64,000 nucleotides of DNA, taken from assembly GCA_965243025.1 (NCBI GenBank), contig CBDETY010000003.1:6496001-6560000 (forward strand), in the 5' to 3' direction. The notes under the pieces were generated by a model that was not told where the DNA came from, searched no databases, and saw only the letters and a list, made by a program, of their open reading frames with translations. Positions 31,269-41,403 of the stretch are shown here, piece by piece (positions within the stretch are counted from its first letter, which is position 1; the number at the start of each line of letters is the position of its first letter). This DNA is from Candidatus Latescibacterota bacterium (GTDB lineage: Bacteria; Latescibacterota; UBA2968; UBA8231). A program made the position numbers and the translations under genes.

Positions 31269-32357
31269 ATGACGGAAAAGACTTACAGGGCCGCGGCCAT
31301 CGGCCACACCGGGGCCGGCGGCTTCGGACACGGGCTGCATCAGGCGTACGAAGGGAACGAACGCGTCGAATTCGTCGCCGTGAGCGACCCCGACGAGGAG
31401 GGGCGGGCAAAGGCTCAGCAGGAAACCGGGGCCCCGCGATCCTACGCCGATCACGAGCGGATGCTCGCCGCCGAGGAGCTGGACATCGTCAGCGTCGGCC
31501 CGCGCTGGCCCGTCAGCCACGTCGAGCTGGTGACCGCCTGCATGGAGGCCGGAGCCCACGTGTACTGCGAGAAACCGATGACCTCCAACCTCGCCGACGG
31601 AGACCTCCTGGTCGCCAGGGCGGAGCAGCTGGGAAAGAAGATCGCCGTCGCCCACCAGGGGGTGTACCTGCCGCAAGCGGGCGCCGTGAGGAAGGCGATC
31701 GAAGGCGGCATTATCGGCGACGTGCAGGCGGTGTACGCCCACGGCAAGCAGGACCGGCGCGGCGGCGGGGAAGACATGATGGTGCTGGGGACCCACCTGT
31801 TCAACATGATGCGGTACTTCCTGGGCGACGTGCGCTGGATGTCGGGGCACGTCAGCGTCGGGGGCCGGGAGGCCACCCCTGCCGACGTGCGCGAGCCGAC
31901 CGAGCCGATAGGGCCGGTGGCCGGGGACAGCATTTATTCCTACTTCGCCTTCGAGTCGGGGGTCAGCGGCCATTTCGATTCCCGCGTCGAGGCTTCCGGG
32001 GGCGACGGCATGCGCATGGGCATGGAGATCGTCGGCAGGGGCGGCATCATCGCGCTTCGGGGCGGGAGCCCGGACGCGGCGATGCTGTACCCCCACGGGA
32101 CCTTCACGCCCGGCGATCCCGGCCAGCGCTGGGTGCCGCTGCTCGAGCCCGGGGACGGCTCGCTGGGGACGGGCAACCAGCTGGCGATCATCGACCTGAT
32201 AGAGGCGGTCGAGAAGGACCGCAAGCCGGTCTCGGGCGCCTCGGACGCGGTCGCCGCCCTCGAGATGATCCTCGGGGCCTACGAGTCCCACATCACCGGG
32301 GGGCGGGTGGCGATGCCGATGGCGAACCGCAGCCATCCCCTGGCGGGCTGGAAGTGA
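31269..32357 (+). CDS. Gfo/Idh/MocA oxidoreductase
   Basis: Rossmann N-terminus, HVYCEKP, GTH.. Confidence 0.88.
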   Translation: MTEKTYRAAAIGHTGAGGFGHGLHQAYEGNERVEFVAVSDPDEEGRAKAQQETGAPRSYADHERMLAAEELDIVSVGPRWPVSHVELVTACMEAGAHVYCEKPMTSNLADGDLLVARAEQLGKKIAVAHQGVYLPQAGAVRKAIEGGIIGDVQAVYAHGKQDRRGGGEDMMVLGTHLFNMMRYFLGDVRWMSGHVSVGGREATPADVREPTEPIGPVAGDSIYSYFAFESGVSGHFDSRVEASGGDGMRMGMEIVGRGGIIALRGGSPDAAMLYPHGTFTPGDPGQRWVPLLEPGDGSLGTGNQLAIIDLIEAVEKDRKPVSGASDAVAALEMILGAYESHITGGRVAMPMANRSHPLAGWK

Positions 32358-33811
32358 CGATGCCGGGCGGCGCCGTCCCGCACGAGGTCATCCCCAGCTC
32401 GAACCTGCCGCCGGTCTCGTACCGCGACCTGCCGGAAGCGCCTCCCTGGAAGAGGATGATCGGCCCGAGCCTGCTGCTGCTCGGGCTTTCGATCGGCAGC
32501 GGCGAGTTCGTGCTGTGGCCCTACATCTCCTACAAGTTCGGCTTCGCCGTGTTCTGGGCCTGCATGGTCGGCATCACCACCCAGTACTTCATCAACATGG
32601 AGATCGAGCGCTGGACCCTGGCGACCGGCGAGACCGCGATCACCGGGTTCTGCCGCCTCTGGAAGCACTGGGCCGGCATCTTCCTGCTGTGCAACATCGT
32701 CCCCTGGGTGTGGCCCGGCTGGGCCTCCGGGGCGGCGACGATAATGACCTGGGAGCTGGGGGGCGGCGAGGGGGTGCGGGTCGCCTACTCGATCGCCAGC
32801 CTGATCGCCGTCGGCCTGGCGCTGACCCTGGGCCCGGTGGTCTACAACACCGTCGAGAAGATCCAGATGGTTCTGATCGCCCTGATCTTCCTGGCGATGA
32901 CCGCCCTGTTCTTCCTCGTCGTGAAGGCGACCCACGTCGCCGACATGGTTTCAGGCATCCTCAACGTCGGCCACGTTCCCGAGGGAATGGAGCTGCCCCT
33001 GCTGCTCGGCGCCATTGCCTTCGCCGGGGCCGGCGGGACGATGAACCTCGTGCAGAGCGCCTATGTGCGCGAGAAGGGGTACGCCATGGGCCGCTTCGCC
33101 GGTCGCCTGACGAGCCCGCTGACGGGAAGGGAGGAGGTCGTCGCCGGGGTCGGCTACCACTTCGAGGCGACCCCGGAAAACGCCCGCCGCTGGGGCGCCT
33201 GGTGGAAGGCGGCCAACAGGGAGCACCTGCTCAGCTTCTACGCGCTGTCGGTCATCTCGCTGATGATGCTGTCCCTCATCGCCTACGCGACGACCCGCGA
33301 ACTGCCGGAGCTCGCCAGCGGGATCGGCTTCATCCGCGTCGAGGGGGAGTTCATCGGCGAGCGCTACGGGGCCCTGTTCGAGCACGCCTTCCTGTGGATG
33401 GGAGTCGCCATCCTGCTGACCACGGAGCTGGGGCTGCTGGACGCCTGCGCCCGCATCTCGACCGACATCATCAAGGTGAACTGGCTGCGCGACAACGAGC
33501 GCTGGCCCGACAACCGGCTCTACTTCGTCCTGCTGTGGGGGCAGATCGCACTCGGCTGCATCATCATGCTGGCGGGCCTGGCGGTTCCCGGCTTCACCCA
33601 GCCGCTGGTGCTGCTCGTGCTCAGCGCCTCGCTGAACGGGGGGGTGATGCTGCTCTACTCGGTGCTGCTGCTGTGGATGAACAACCGCGTCCTCGGGGCG
33701 GGACTGAAGATGTCGGTGATCCGGTTCGGCGCCATCGTCTGGTCCTGCGCCTTCTTCGGGTACTTCACCATCATCACCCTGAACAACCAGCTGCCGAAGC
33801 TGTTCGACTGA
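32354..33811 (+). CDS. Nramp-superfamily (YcsG-like) secondary transporter
   Basis: IGPS......IGSGE..LWP, ERWTLATGET, AFAGAGG; about 11 TM segments. Confidence 0.75.
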   Translation: MTMPGGAVPHEVIPSSNLPPVSYRDLPEAPPWKRMIGPSLLLLGLSIGSGEFVLWPYISYKFGFAVFWACMVGITTQYFINMEIERWTLATGETAITGFCRLWKHWAGIFLLCNIVPWVWPGWASGAATIMTWELGGGEGVRVAYSIASLIAVGLALTLGPVVYNTVEKIQMVLIALIFLAMTALFFLVVKATHVADMVSGILNVGHVPEGMELPLLLGAIAFAGAGGTMNLVQSAYVREKGYAMGRFAGRLTSPLTGREEVVAGVGYHFEATPENARRWGAWWKAANREHLLSFYALSVISLMMLSLIAYATTRELPELASGIGFIRVEGEFIGERYGALFEHAFLWMGVAILLTTELGLLDACARISTDIIKVNWLRDNERWPDNRLYFVLLWGQIALGCIIMLAGLAVPGFTQPLVLLVLSASLNGGVMLLYSVLLLWMNNRVLGAGLKMSVIRFGAIVWSCAFFGYFTIITLNNQLPKLFD

Positions 33812-33967
33812 GGCGCTCCCGGTGCTCCGGGAATGCGGGGGAGGCCGAACCTCGGCCGGATGCCGGGGGTTGACAGGCCCGGCCGCGTACCGGCTTTCCA
33901 AGACAGCGCCAGGACGGCGGAAGGCTGTTGTCGGGGCGTATCAGCGCGACCCCGAGCAACGGCATCT

Positions 33968-35290
33968 TCACCCGTTCACCCACGTCATCCGGCCAATGGA
34001 GCGTTCGAGATCCTTCAACCACTGTTCGGGCTCGATGGGAAGGGGAAGTTCCGGCGAGGAACAGGGACGTATCCTGCCGACTTCGAGCCGGGCTTGTCGT
34101 CGAGTGAGGGGACAATCGAGGCGCTCCAGGCGGGCGTCTTCCGGCAACTGCTGTTCCCAGTAACTCCGGTTCTCGACCCACGCCATCACTTCAGCGAGTC
34201 TTTCGGCGTCCCCGGGATGGGCAACGAGACGTGAAAAACCCGATATGATTTCTCTCGGGTCTTCCTGCGGATTCTTCAAAAGCCTTCCATAGGCATAGGT
34301 GTTGGAAATCTGCAGGCAGGGCAGGTAGAGATTCCCCATCACCCGGTCGATCCCTGTTCGTTGAAGCCGCTGCAGTATCTCCCGAATGTACCGGACTTCA
34401 CTATGGACGATCCCCCAGGAAGCCTGCCGGTAAGGATCGTCATCCATCGCGAAATGAGGCCATGCCTGCACGTCCCTTCCCGTCGACCGGAATGCCGCGA
34501 TCTCCCCTGCAGTCGGGAAGACGGGTGTTCGGGATTCCCCGCCATAAGAGGAAAAAGCCAGAGGTCGGTACAGATGATGGCAGGGTAGGCCGAGATGAGT
34601 GTTCTTCGGCATCCCGCTCAATCCCTCCATGACTTCACGGGAGCCGGCGATCTCCCGATCGTAGAACAGTTTCCACCCGGCTTCGTGGCGTACCTCGTTC
34701 CAGTATCCGATACTCCAGGTGTTGGCGTAGAGCCGGGCCCGGGAATTGAGCTGTTCGAGATACCCTGCAAGGGCCTGGACGTAGCGTAGAAAATCGGCGG
34801 GGGAACAGACCCCGCACCGACACCCGCCCCAATCCGCTGCGAACTCCTCGAAAAAATCAGCCTCCCGGTACGTCTTCATATACCATTTCTGCAGCTCGAC
34901 GGTCCTTTCAAAGTTCTCCGGAACCTGGGGACAGAGTTCCACCGCCCGGTCGTTCAACTGATGGCTCGGTTCCTCTCCATCGGGTACCGTGCTGACCACG
35001 GTGTTGGTCAGGATGTATCCGAGCTTCATCCCCAGGGAGTGAACCATCTCCAGAACCTTGAGCCGGTCTGATATCCTTCTCCTCTCCATCCAGGTCGAGG
35101 GAGTCCGGTTGAATTCCAACATCGTGGCAAATTCCACCGCATTGATTCCACAAGCATGGAGCCACCGGATCTCTTTCAGCCAGGACTCCTCGTCCCAGTA
35201 AAGCGGAGCGTGCCACGGGGGGTCTGCTGAAAAACCGTCGTGGAAATAGATTCCCCCAACGAGGAAGGGGACGGGGGGTTCCTTTGTCAC
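33968..35290 (-). CDS. Hypothetical GH-like TIM-barrel protein, lower GC
   Basis: W...W...I.WL...GIN motif, DWGGC.C..C; end of overlapping minus-strand operon. Confidence 0.6.
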   Translation of the reverse strand: MTKEPPVPFLVGGIYFHDGFSADPPWHAPLYWDEESWLKEIRWLHACGINAVEFATMLEFNRTPSTWMERRRISDRLKVLEMVHSLGMKLGYILTNTVVSTVPDGEEPSHQLNDRAVELCPQVPENFERTVELQKWYMKTYREADFFEEFAADWGGCRCGVCSPADFLRYVQALAGYLEQLNSRARLYANTWSIGYWNEVRHEAGWKLFYDREIAGSREVMEGLSGMPKNTHLGLPCHHLYRPLAFSSYGGESRTPVFPTAGEIAAFRSTGRDVQAWPHFAMDDDPYRQASWGIVHSEVRYIREILQRLQRTGIDRVMGNLYLPCLQISNTYAYGRLLKNPQEDPREIISGFSRLVAHPGDAERLAEVMAWVENRSYWEQQLPEDARLERLDCPLTRRQARLEVGRIRPCSSPELPLPIEPEQWLKDLERSIGRMTWVNG

Positions 35291-35356
35291 GACCTCACCT
35301 CTGCCGGTTGCGGCAACAGTGCGATTACTGAAGTTCCGAGCGATTGCGCGAGAGGT

Positions 35357-36706
35357 TCACTGCCGGCTCTCCCCGGCAACCCCGCGCTTGCCGGCCCGTG
35401 CCGCGGCAAGGGCCTCGTCGAACTGCCTGCGAAGCCTGGAACCGGGTGCTGCAAGGGCTCGCCCCTCGGCAAAGGCGATCAGCGCTTCGTCAGTCCGCCC
35501 CGCCTTCTGCAGACCCGACCCGTATACGAGGTGGACGGAGGCGTTCGAGGGAGCTTCTGCAAGGGCGCGCCGGTAGTAGGTGAGCGCTTCGGCTCCGCGA
35601 TCGGTCAAGTCGAGAACACTGCCCATGTTGACCAATGCGGGAACGAAGGACGAGTCGGCCGCGACGGCGCGCTCGTAGAAGGCTGCGGCATCGCCGTAGC
35701 GCGAGCTCTCGCTGAGCCGGTTGCCGATTCGATGCAGCATGGGGGCGTCCGCGGGCGCCAGCTGGGCGGCGCGACTGAACTTGTTGAGCGCTTCGTCCCA
35801 ATATCCGTGGCGGGCGAAGAACTCGCCCAGCGCCAGGTGGTGAGCCGGATTCCCGGGAACGTCGAGAATGGAGGAGCGCAGCTTTCTCATCAACCTGGGA
35901 GCCTCGCTGGAAGCCTCGCCGCCGCCGATCTCCTGCAGGCGGCGGAAACGGGCCAGCGCCGAGTCGGCGAGCCCCTGCAGGGCTCCCCTTCGGGCCAGTA
36001 CGGACAAGCGGTACAGGGATTCTTCGAAACCGATGTCGAGACCGGCGGCTTTGCGGTACGCCTCGAGCGCCGCTTCGGGTTCGCCGACCGCTTCCAGGGC
36101 GCGGCCGAGTAAAAAGGCGTGTGTGGCATCGCCGGGAAAAAGGCGGCTCGCTTCCCGTACCGCCGCGACGGCTGCTTCCGGGCGCTCCGTCGCCAGGTAC
36201 AATTCCGACAGCCGGCGGTGTACGGAATGCCAGTCCGGCTTCAGCTCCAGGGCTCTCTTCAGAGTCGCCTCCGCCCGGCCGAACTGGCCGAGCCTGGAGT
36301 AAATGGCGCCCAGGTTCAGATGGATGGTCGCCGAGCCGGGTTCATGCCTGAGAGCCCTTTCGAGAGCCCTGGTAGCGGCCTGATACCGCCCTTGAGACGC
36401 TTCCGCCGAAGCCAGCAGGTTGTTCAGGTCGGCCGAGGTTGAATCCAGGGCAAGGCCGGCTGCCGCCGCCGCCGCGGCCTCGGGAAAGCGCCTGGCCTCC
36501 AGTAAACCTTTTGCCTCCCCCAGATACTGCTGCAGCTGCTCGCCCTTTTCCCGGTAACTGTTCCCGGAATCCTGCTCCGCCGGTTCGCACCCCGACGACA
36601 GGGCCCACACGGCCGCAGCGGCGGATGCCAATCCGGATCCGGGTCCCCGTCTCCAGCCGCGCCGCATCCGTCCCCGCCCTGCGGCATCCGGCCTGTGGAC
36701 CCTCAC
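35357..36706 (-). CDS. Tetratricopeptide repeat protein (possible lipoprotein)
   Basis: Multiple TPR helices; AAAAVWALSSGC lipobox-like segment. Confidence 0.8.
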   Translation of the reverse strand: MRVHRPDAAGRGRMRRGWRRGPGSGLASAAAAVWALSSGCEPAEQDSGNSYREKGEQLQQYLGEAKGLLEARRFPEAAAAAAAGLALDSTSADLNNLLASAEASQGRYQAATRALERALRHEPGSATIHLNLGAIYSRLGQFGRAEATLKRALELKPDWHSVHRRLSELYLATERPEAAVAAVREASRLFPGDATHAFLLGRALEAVGEPEAALEAYRKAAGLDIGFEESLYRLSVLARRGALQGLADSALARFRRLQEIGGGEASSEAPRLMRKLRSSILDVPGNPAHHLALGEFFARHGYWDEALNKFSRAAQLAPADAPMLHRIGNRLSESSRYGDAAAFYERAVAADSSFVPALVNMGSVLDLTDRGAEALTYYRRALAEAPSNASVHLVYGSGLQKAGRTDEALIAFAEGRALAAPGSRLRRQFDEALAAARAGKRGVAGESRQ

Positions 36707-38037
36707 GGGGTCAGCACCCGCAGCACGTCATCGATGATCGAAAGCGCCTCATCGATGTCGGCGCGGGTGTGCGCGGCCGAGATGCCGATATGGCTCACCG
36801 CCGGGATCCAGAGCCCGCGCCGGTAGGCTTCAACGAAGAGCCGATGGGCGAGCGCCACGTCCCGGCGCGCCGCGTCTCCATAGCTGAGGGGTTCCTCCTC
36901 GATGCCGAAAAGCAGGGTGAAGCGAGCCCCGAGCGCCTGGACACGCCCCTTGACCCCCCGGCGCGCCAGGCATTCGCGCAGGCCCCCGTAGAGGTACTCA
37001 CAGTCGGCCAGCAGCGTGGGATAGAAGTCCGGCTCAGTGATGACCTCGAGGAAGGCTCCGGTCGCCATGACCGGCAGCAGCTGCCCGACAAAGGTGCCCG
37101 AATGCACCACCGGGCCCAGGGGCAGGATCTGTTCCATGAGGTCGCGGCGCCCGCCGAAGGCGCTCATGGCGGTGCCCCCGCCCAGCGTTTTGCCGACGGT
37201 CGCGAGATCGGGCGTGACGCCGTAGAGACCCTGGATGCAGTCGGGACCGGTCTTGAAGGAGGAGAGGATCTCGTCGAAGATCAGCAGGACGCCGTAGCGG
37301 CGGGTGAGCTCGCGGAGGTGCTCGAGGTATCCGGGCAGGGGCAGGATGCCGCCGGCATTGTAGTTCACCGGTTCGAGGATTACTGCGGCGATCTCGTCGT
37401 GGTGCCTGGCCAGGGTCTGCTCGACGGCCTCGAAGTCGTTGAAAGGCAGCACGTGAACGAATTCCTTCATCACCTCCGGAAAGCCCGGCGACTCGACGTG
37501 CAGGTTGGGGAGCGCCTTGTCGAGGGGGGGGCTCATGTTGTACTGCAGGTATTCGTTGTACCCGTGGAAGTGTCCTTCGAACTTGACGATCCTGTCGCGC
37601 CCGGTAGCGGCGCGCGCGAGCTTGACCACGTGCCAGGTCGTTTCCGTTCCCGAGCCGCTGAGGCGCACCATGTCGAAGGCGGGGATGATCTCGCACAGCT
37701 TCCTGGCGGTGCGGATGTGCTCCTCGGTCTCGAGGGCGCACAGGTTCCCCATCTCGATCGCCTGCTGAAGAGCGGCGGAGATGCGCGGGTGGCCGTGGCC
37801 GAGGAGGGCGGCGCCGAAGGAGGTCTGGAAGTCGATGAACTCGCGGCCCTCGATATCCCAGATCCTGCTGCCCCGGGCGCGGCGCACGTAGAAGGGGTGG
37901 CCCATTTCCCGGTTCGCGCTCCGGCCGGGACCGCTGACGCCGCCAGGCAGGTAGCGCTGGCCGACTTCGTACAGCGTCCGGCTGTCGCGGGCGGGACTGT
38001 CAGGGGATCGGGCGGGGAATGTTGTCGGTGTGGTCAT
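36703..38037 (-). CDS. Class III PLP aminotransferase (GSA-aminomutase-like)
   Basis: PGGVS, D.EG..FID, SGTE, KFEGHFHG, LIFDE, GK.LGGG, HSGT. Confidence 0.88.
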   Translation of the reverse strand: MTTPTTFPARSPDSPARDSRTLYEVGQRYLPGGVSGPGRSANREMGHPFYVRRARGSRIWDIEGREFIDFQTSFGAALLGHGHPRISAALQQAIEMGNLCALETEEHIRTARKLCEIIPAFDMVRLSGSGTETTWHVVKLARAATGRDRIVKFEGHFHGYNEYLQYNMSPPLDKALPNLHVESPGFPEVMKEFVHVLPFNDFEAVEQTLARHHDEIAAVILEPVNYNAGGILPLPGYLEHLRELTRRYGVLLIFDEILSSFKTGPDCIQGLYGVTPDLATVGKTLGGGTAMSAFGGRRDLMEQILPLGPVVHSGTFVGQLLPVMATGAFLEVITEPDFYPTLLADCEYLYGGLRECLARRGVKGRVQALGARFTLLFGIEEEPLSYGDAARRDVALAHRLFVEAYRRGLWIPAVSHIGISAAHTRADIDEALSIIDDVLRVLTP

Positions 38038-38068
38038 GGCACTGCCTCCTCCGTGCGGCCAGGGTCGT

Positions 38069-39586
38069 TCACAGGAGCGCTGCTGCGTCGTTCACGGGAG
38101 CGCTGCCTGGTTGAGTGGCGCGGTCGGTTTCACGACCCGGTTTCCCGGCTGTCGCGGGAGCCGCGCCCAACGCTCGCCGCGCCGCTTTCCCGGCGGCCAC
38201 GAGCAGCTGATCGGAGCGGTGATGGTGCGCTGGGGGCAGGTGGTGGAGCTTGCGGGCGTGGGTGGGTTCCCGGCCGGACTCGGCCTGCGCCCGGGTGGTG
38301 CACAGGCGGCCGCTGTCGCCGTTGGCGTGGCTGATGACCAGAGCCGGCCCGGGCAGGTCGGCTTCGATCTGCCAGCCGCTCTCGCACATGACCTCCCCGG
38401 GCAGGCCGACCAGGTGGAGCTCCCCCAGCCGGAAGGCCTGAATCTCCATGCGCGGGATCGCCGGCAGCGGTCCTTGCGCTCCCGCGAGAACGGGGCGCCC
38501 CCGATCCGCGTCCGTCAGCGGCTGTCCCGCAAGGTCGGGGTGCCGGCGGAAGGCCGGGGCCCTGCCCCCCGTGGACAACGCCGCGAGCTGCCGGTCCCGG
38601 AACGCTTCGGTCGACGGAAGGGCCACCGTCACCGTCACCGCCGCCAGGTCGATGGCCGCGGTGCTCCGGGGCGTGCTCTCGACCGCCTTTACCGCAGCGG
38701 CCCCCAACTGCCGCCCGAAGCGGTGCGCGTCCGCCTTGGCGCCAGGGCGGAAGGCCTTCCCGTCGGGAGTGGTCAGACGCGGCTGCAGATCACCCGAGCA
38801 GCCTTGAGCGAAAAGAGCGAGGGTGCCGGGGCCGTCCGGCAGACCGGTACCCGAGGCGGGTCCGCCGCCGCAGGCCTCCTCGACGAAGGTCTGGGCAACG
38901 CCGGGGTAGTCGGGGCTGATCTCCAGGTTGTCCATGACCGTCGGCCGGCAACTGTAGGCAAACAGCACCGCCCGGGGCGGCGGCGCCGGCCGGTCGGTCG
39001 CCGGGGGCTTCGCGCCATCCAGGATCGTGACGACCCGCACCCGATGGTCGACCCGCCCGCCGGGGTTCGGACCGGGCCCGGTCCGGCCATCAGCGGGAAG
39101 GCGTCGGTTGACGGCAAAGCCGGCGGTGCTCTCGCCGCAGCCCAACCGCGCCGGCCGCATGACGCGGACCGCCATCGCCGCGGCGCCGGCCACGGCTCGT
39201 ACCATGGGATCGACGTAGTGCGGATCGATGTAGTGCGGATCGATGCCGTCGCCGGTGGCGGAGCCCCGGGCATCGCCCCGGGTGCCCCGGACGTGCGGAC
39301 CGGCGTGCGTGTGCGAGCAGGCCAGCATGACGCGGTCGCCGGGGATGTCGGCCGCTTCGGCGATGGCGGCGCGCATCGCCGCCGCGGTCGTCCGGTCCAG
39401 TCCGAACAGGTCGAGGGTTACCAGGCCGACCCGCGTGGCGCCGTCGCCGAGAACGAGGGCCTTGGCGTAAAGGTCACGGTGGACACCGATCGATGGTTCG
39501 CCGCGCGTGCAGCCCTGGAGGAAGCAGCCCACAGGCGGCGTGATGTTCACCGCCGCTGTTCCCGCCTGCAGGTCAGGCCCGCTCAT
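38069..39586 (-). CDS. Neutral/alkaline ceramidase-like amidohydrolase paralogue (degenerate)
   Basis: G.A..NITPP, L.AKALV, SHTHAGP, ISPDYPG, QGC.GD, LPGE; several conserved residues substituted. Confidence 0.7.
   Translation of the reverse strand: MSGPDLQAGTAAVNITPPVGCFLQGCTRGEPSIGVHRDLYAKALVLGDGATRVGLVTLDLFGLDRTTAAAMRAAIAEAADIPGDRVMLACSHTHAGPHVRGTRGDARGSATGDGIDPHYIDPHYVDPMVRAVAGAAAMAVRVMRPARLGCGESTAGFAVNRRLPADGRTGPGPNPGGRVDHRVRVVTILDGAKPPATDRPAPPPRAVLFAYSCRPTVMDNLEISPDYPGVAQTFVEEACGGGPASGTGLPDGPGTLALFAQGCSGDLQPRLTTPDGKAFRPGAKADAHRFGRQLGAAAVKAVESTPRSTAAIDLAAVTVTVALPSTEAFRDRQLAALSTGGRAPAFRRHPDLAGQPLTDADRGRPVLAGAQGPLPAIPRMEIQAFRLGELHLVGLPGEVMCESGWQIEADLPGPALVISHANGDSGRLCTTRAQAESGREPTHARKLHHLPPAHHHRSDQLLVAAGKAARRALGAAPATAGKPGRETDRATQPGSAPVNDAAALL
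39207..39245. repeat. 15-bp tandem repeat (x2.6) encoding IDPHY
   Basis: ggatcgacgtagtgc ggatcgatgtagtgc ggatcgatg. Confidence 0.85.
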
Positions 39587-39607
39587 GCCGACACTTCCTG
39601 CCGGGGC

Positions 39608-41077
39608 TCACGCACCTGGCCCACCCGCCGCGGCCGGCTGCTCCTCGGGTTCCCGGTCGAACACCCGCGCCGCCACCTCCCGGCCGGCGCGCACCAGCCG
39701 GTGCTCGTTGGCAGGGTCGTACTGGGCGGGGTGCATGTACAGCATCCAGGAGAAGGCCGGCTCGTAGCCGCCGCCCTCGTACGAAGCCTGGGTGCAGAAG
39801 TAGCCGTGATTCCCGTTGGTGTAGCCGAGGACGAGAGATGGGCCGGGGATCGCCTGCTCGATCTGAAAACCGATCTCCGCGAAAGTCTCACCCGGAAGGC
39901 CGACGAGGCACAGGTCGCCGACCCGCAATGCCTGCACCTCGACCTCGATACCCTCGGGCAGCGGGCCCTCCTGCAGTCGCTCGAGGACGATTTCCGCCCA
40001 CATCTGGTCCCCGAACTGGCGCCCGGTGACATCGAGGTGGCCGCTGAGGTTGGCCGTATCTCCGGCAGCGGCGATCCGTTCGAGCTCGGCGCGCGTGGGG
40101 AGACGGGTATAAGGCAGGAGGAGCCGGGTACTGGCAACCCGCACGGGGCCCGCGGCGGCCGCGGCCGCGGTCTCCTCGCACACCTTGACCGCCTCGGCGC
40201 CGAGGATGCGGCCGAGCCTGTGCGCGTCCTGCTTGGTGCCGGCGCGAAAACGGCGGCCATCCTCGAAGGTCAGGTTGGGGCGGATATCGCCGCAGCACCC
40301 CTGTGCGAAGAGGGCGAGGGTGCCGGGGCCGTCGGGCAGGCCCGTGCCGGAGGTGGGTCCGCCGCCGTAGGCCTGCTCGACGAAGGCCTGGGCAACGCCG
40401 GGAAAGTCGGGGCTGATCTCCAGGTTTTCCTGCGCCATGATCGTCGGATGGCAGGTGAACTGCACGACGACCGCCTGCGGGGCCGGGGCGGGGCGTTCGC
40501 CGCCGTGGCTCTCATGGGCCGCCAGGTCGACGATCTTCAGCACGTTGACCCGGTGGTCGACGACCCCTTCGGGATTGGGGGCCAGCATCGTCCCTTCCGG
40601 GGTCGGCAGGCGGCGGCTGATGTTGAACTCCGCTTTTCCCACGCCGAAGCCGAGGGCGGCCGGGCGCCGCCGGCGGTCCGCCATGGCCACCAGACCGCCG
40701 ATCTTCTTGGCCAGCTCGCGGGCGAAGTCGAGGTCCGCGGGATTGCCCCAGGCCCGGCCCCACGGGTCGAGGCCGATTCCCTGGACGGTGGGGCCGCCGT
40801 GGCTGTGCGAGGCATTGATCAGCACGTGGGCGGCCGGAATGTCCGTCCAGCGCGAAACCTCGGCGCGCATCTCGGCAACGTGCCCCTGCTCCAGTCCGAT
40901 CAGGTCCGTGGTGACGAACGCCGCCTTGGCCGCGCCGTCGTCGAAGACGAGGGCCTTGGCGTAGATATCCAGGTGGATGCCGATCGACGGCTGACCGCGG
41001 GTGTAGCCTTGCAGGTAGTTCCCCACCGGTGCGGTGATATTGACGGCGGCAGCACCGATCTGAAGTGGTGAAGACAT
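39608..41077 (-). CDS. Neutral/alkaline ceramidase-like amidohydrolase
   Basis: SHSHGGP, FTCHPT, ISPDFPG, QGCCGD, LPGE.F, GY.NG..GY, GGYE; SD aggagg. Confidence 0.8.
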   Translation of the reverse strand: MSSPLQIGAAAVNITAPVGNYLQGYTRGQPSIGIHLDIYAKALVFDDGAAKAAFVTTDLIGLEQGHVAEMRAEVSRWTDIPAAHVLINASHSHGGPTVQGIGLDPWGRAWGNPADLDFARELAKKIGGLVAMADRRRRPAALGFGVGKAEFNISRRLPTPEGTMLAPNPEGVVDHRVNVLKIVDLAAHESHGGERPAPAPQAVVVQFTCHPTIMAQENLEISPDFPGVAQAFVEQAYGGGPTSGTGLPDGPGTLALFAQGCCGDIRPNLTFEDGRRFRAGTKQDAHRLGRILGAEAVKVCEETAAAAAAGPVRVASTRLLLPYTRLPTRAELERIAAAGDTANLSGHLDVTGRQFGDQMWAEIVLERLQEGPLPEGIEVEVQALRVGDLCLVGLPGETFAEIGFQIEQAIPGPSLVLGYTNGNHGYFCTQASYEGGGYEPAFSWMLYMHPAQYDPANEHRLVRAGREVAARVFDREPEEQPAAAGGPGA

Positions 41078-41403
41078 GTGATGCTGTTCCTCCTGTCGAG
41101 GCAGGGCACCGGTCACCCTGGCGGGGGGACGCATGAACTTGCCGCGCGCCGGCCCATGGAGTCGGGGAAAGCTGTCCCGGACTGGTTATAGCAACCCTTT
41201 GGGGGTCAGTCAACAGGGGGGAGGCAGGCAAGGTGGCTGGAAGGTTGCACAAGTGGCCGCAGGGCGAAGATTCGCCGGGGTCGGGACTGGCACCAACACA
41301 GTTGCGAAATCCGAAAAACAGCTTGATGAGGGGGGGAGGGGTTTATATTTTGGCCGCCAAAATCTCCGGGAAGTGCGTTCATCTCTCACAAAGGAGAAAT
41401 CAG

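Noticed and set aside
36703-38037. Calling the aminotransferase hemL
   Set aside because: Divergent motifs (GVSGPGR, HSGTFVG) and a catabolic context without tetrapyrrole genes.
41323-41349. TTGATG...TATATT promoter upstream of the CBM9-like gene
   Set aside because: The spacer is only 15 nt across a G homopolymer; plausible but not supportable as it stands.
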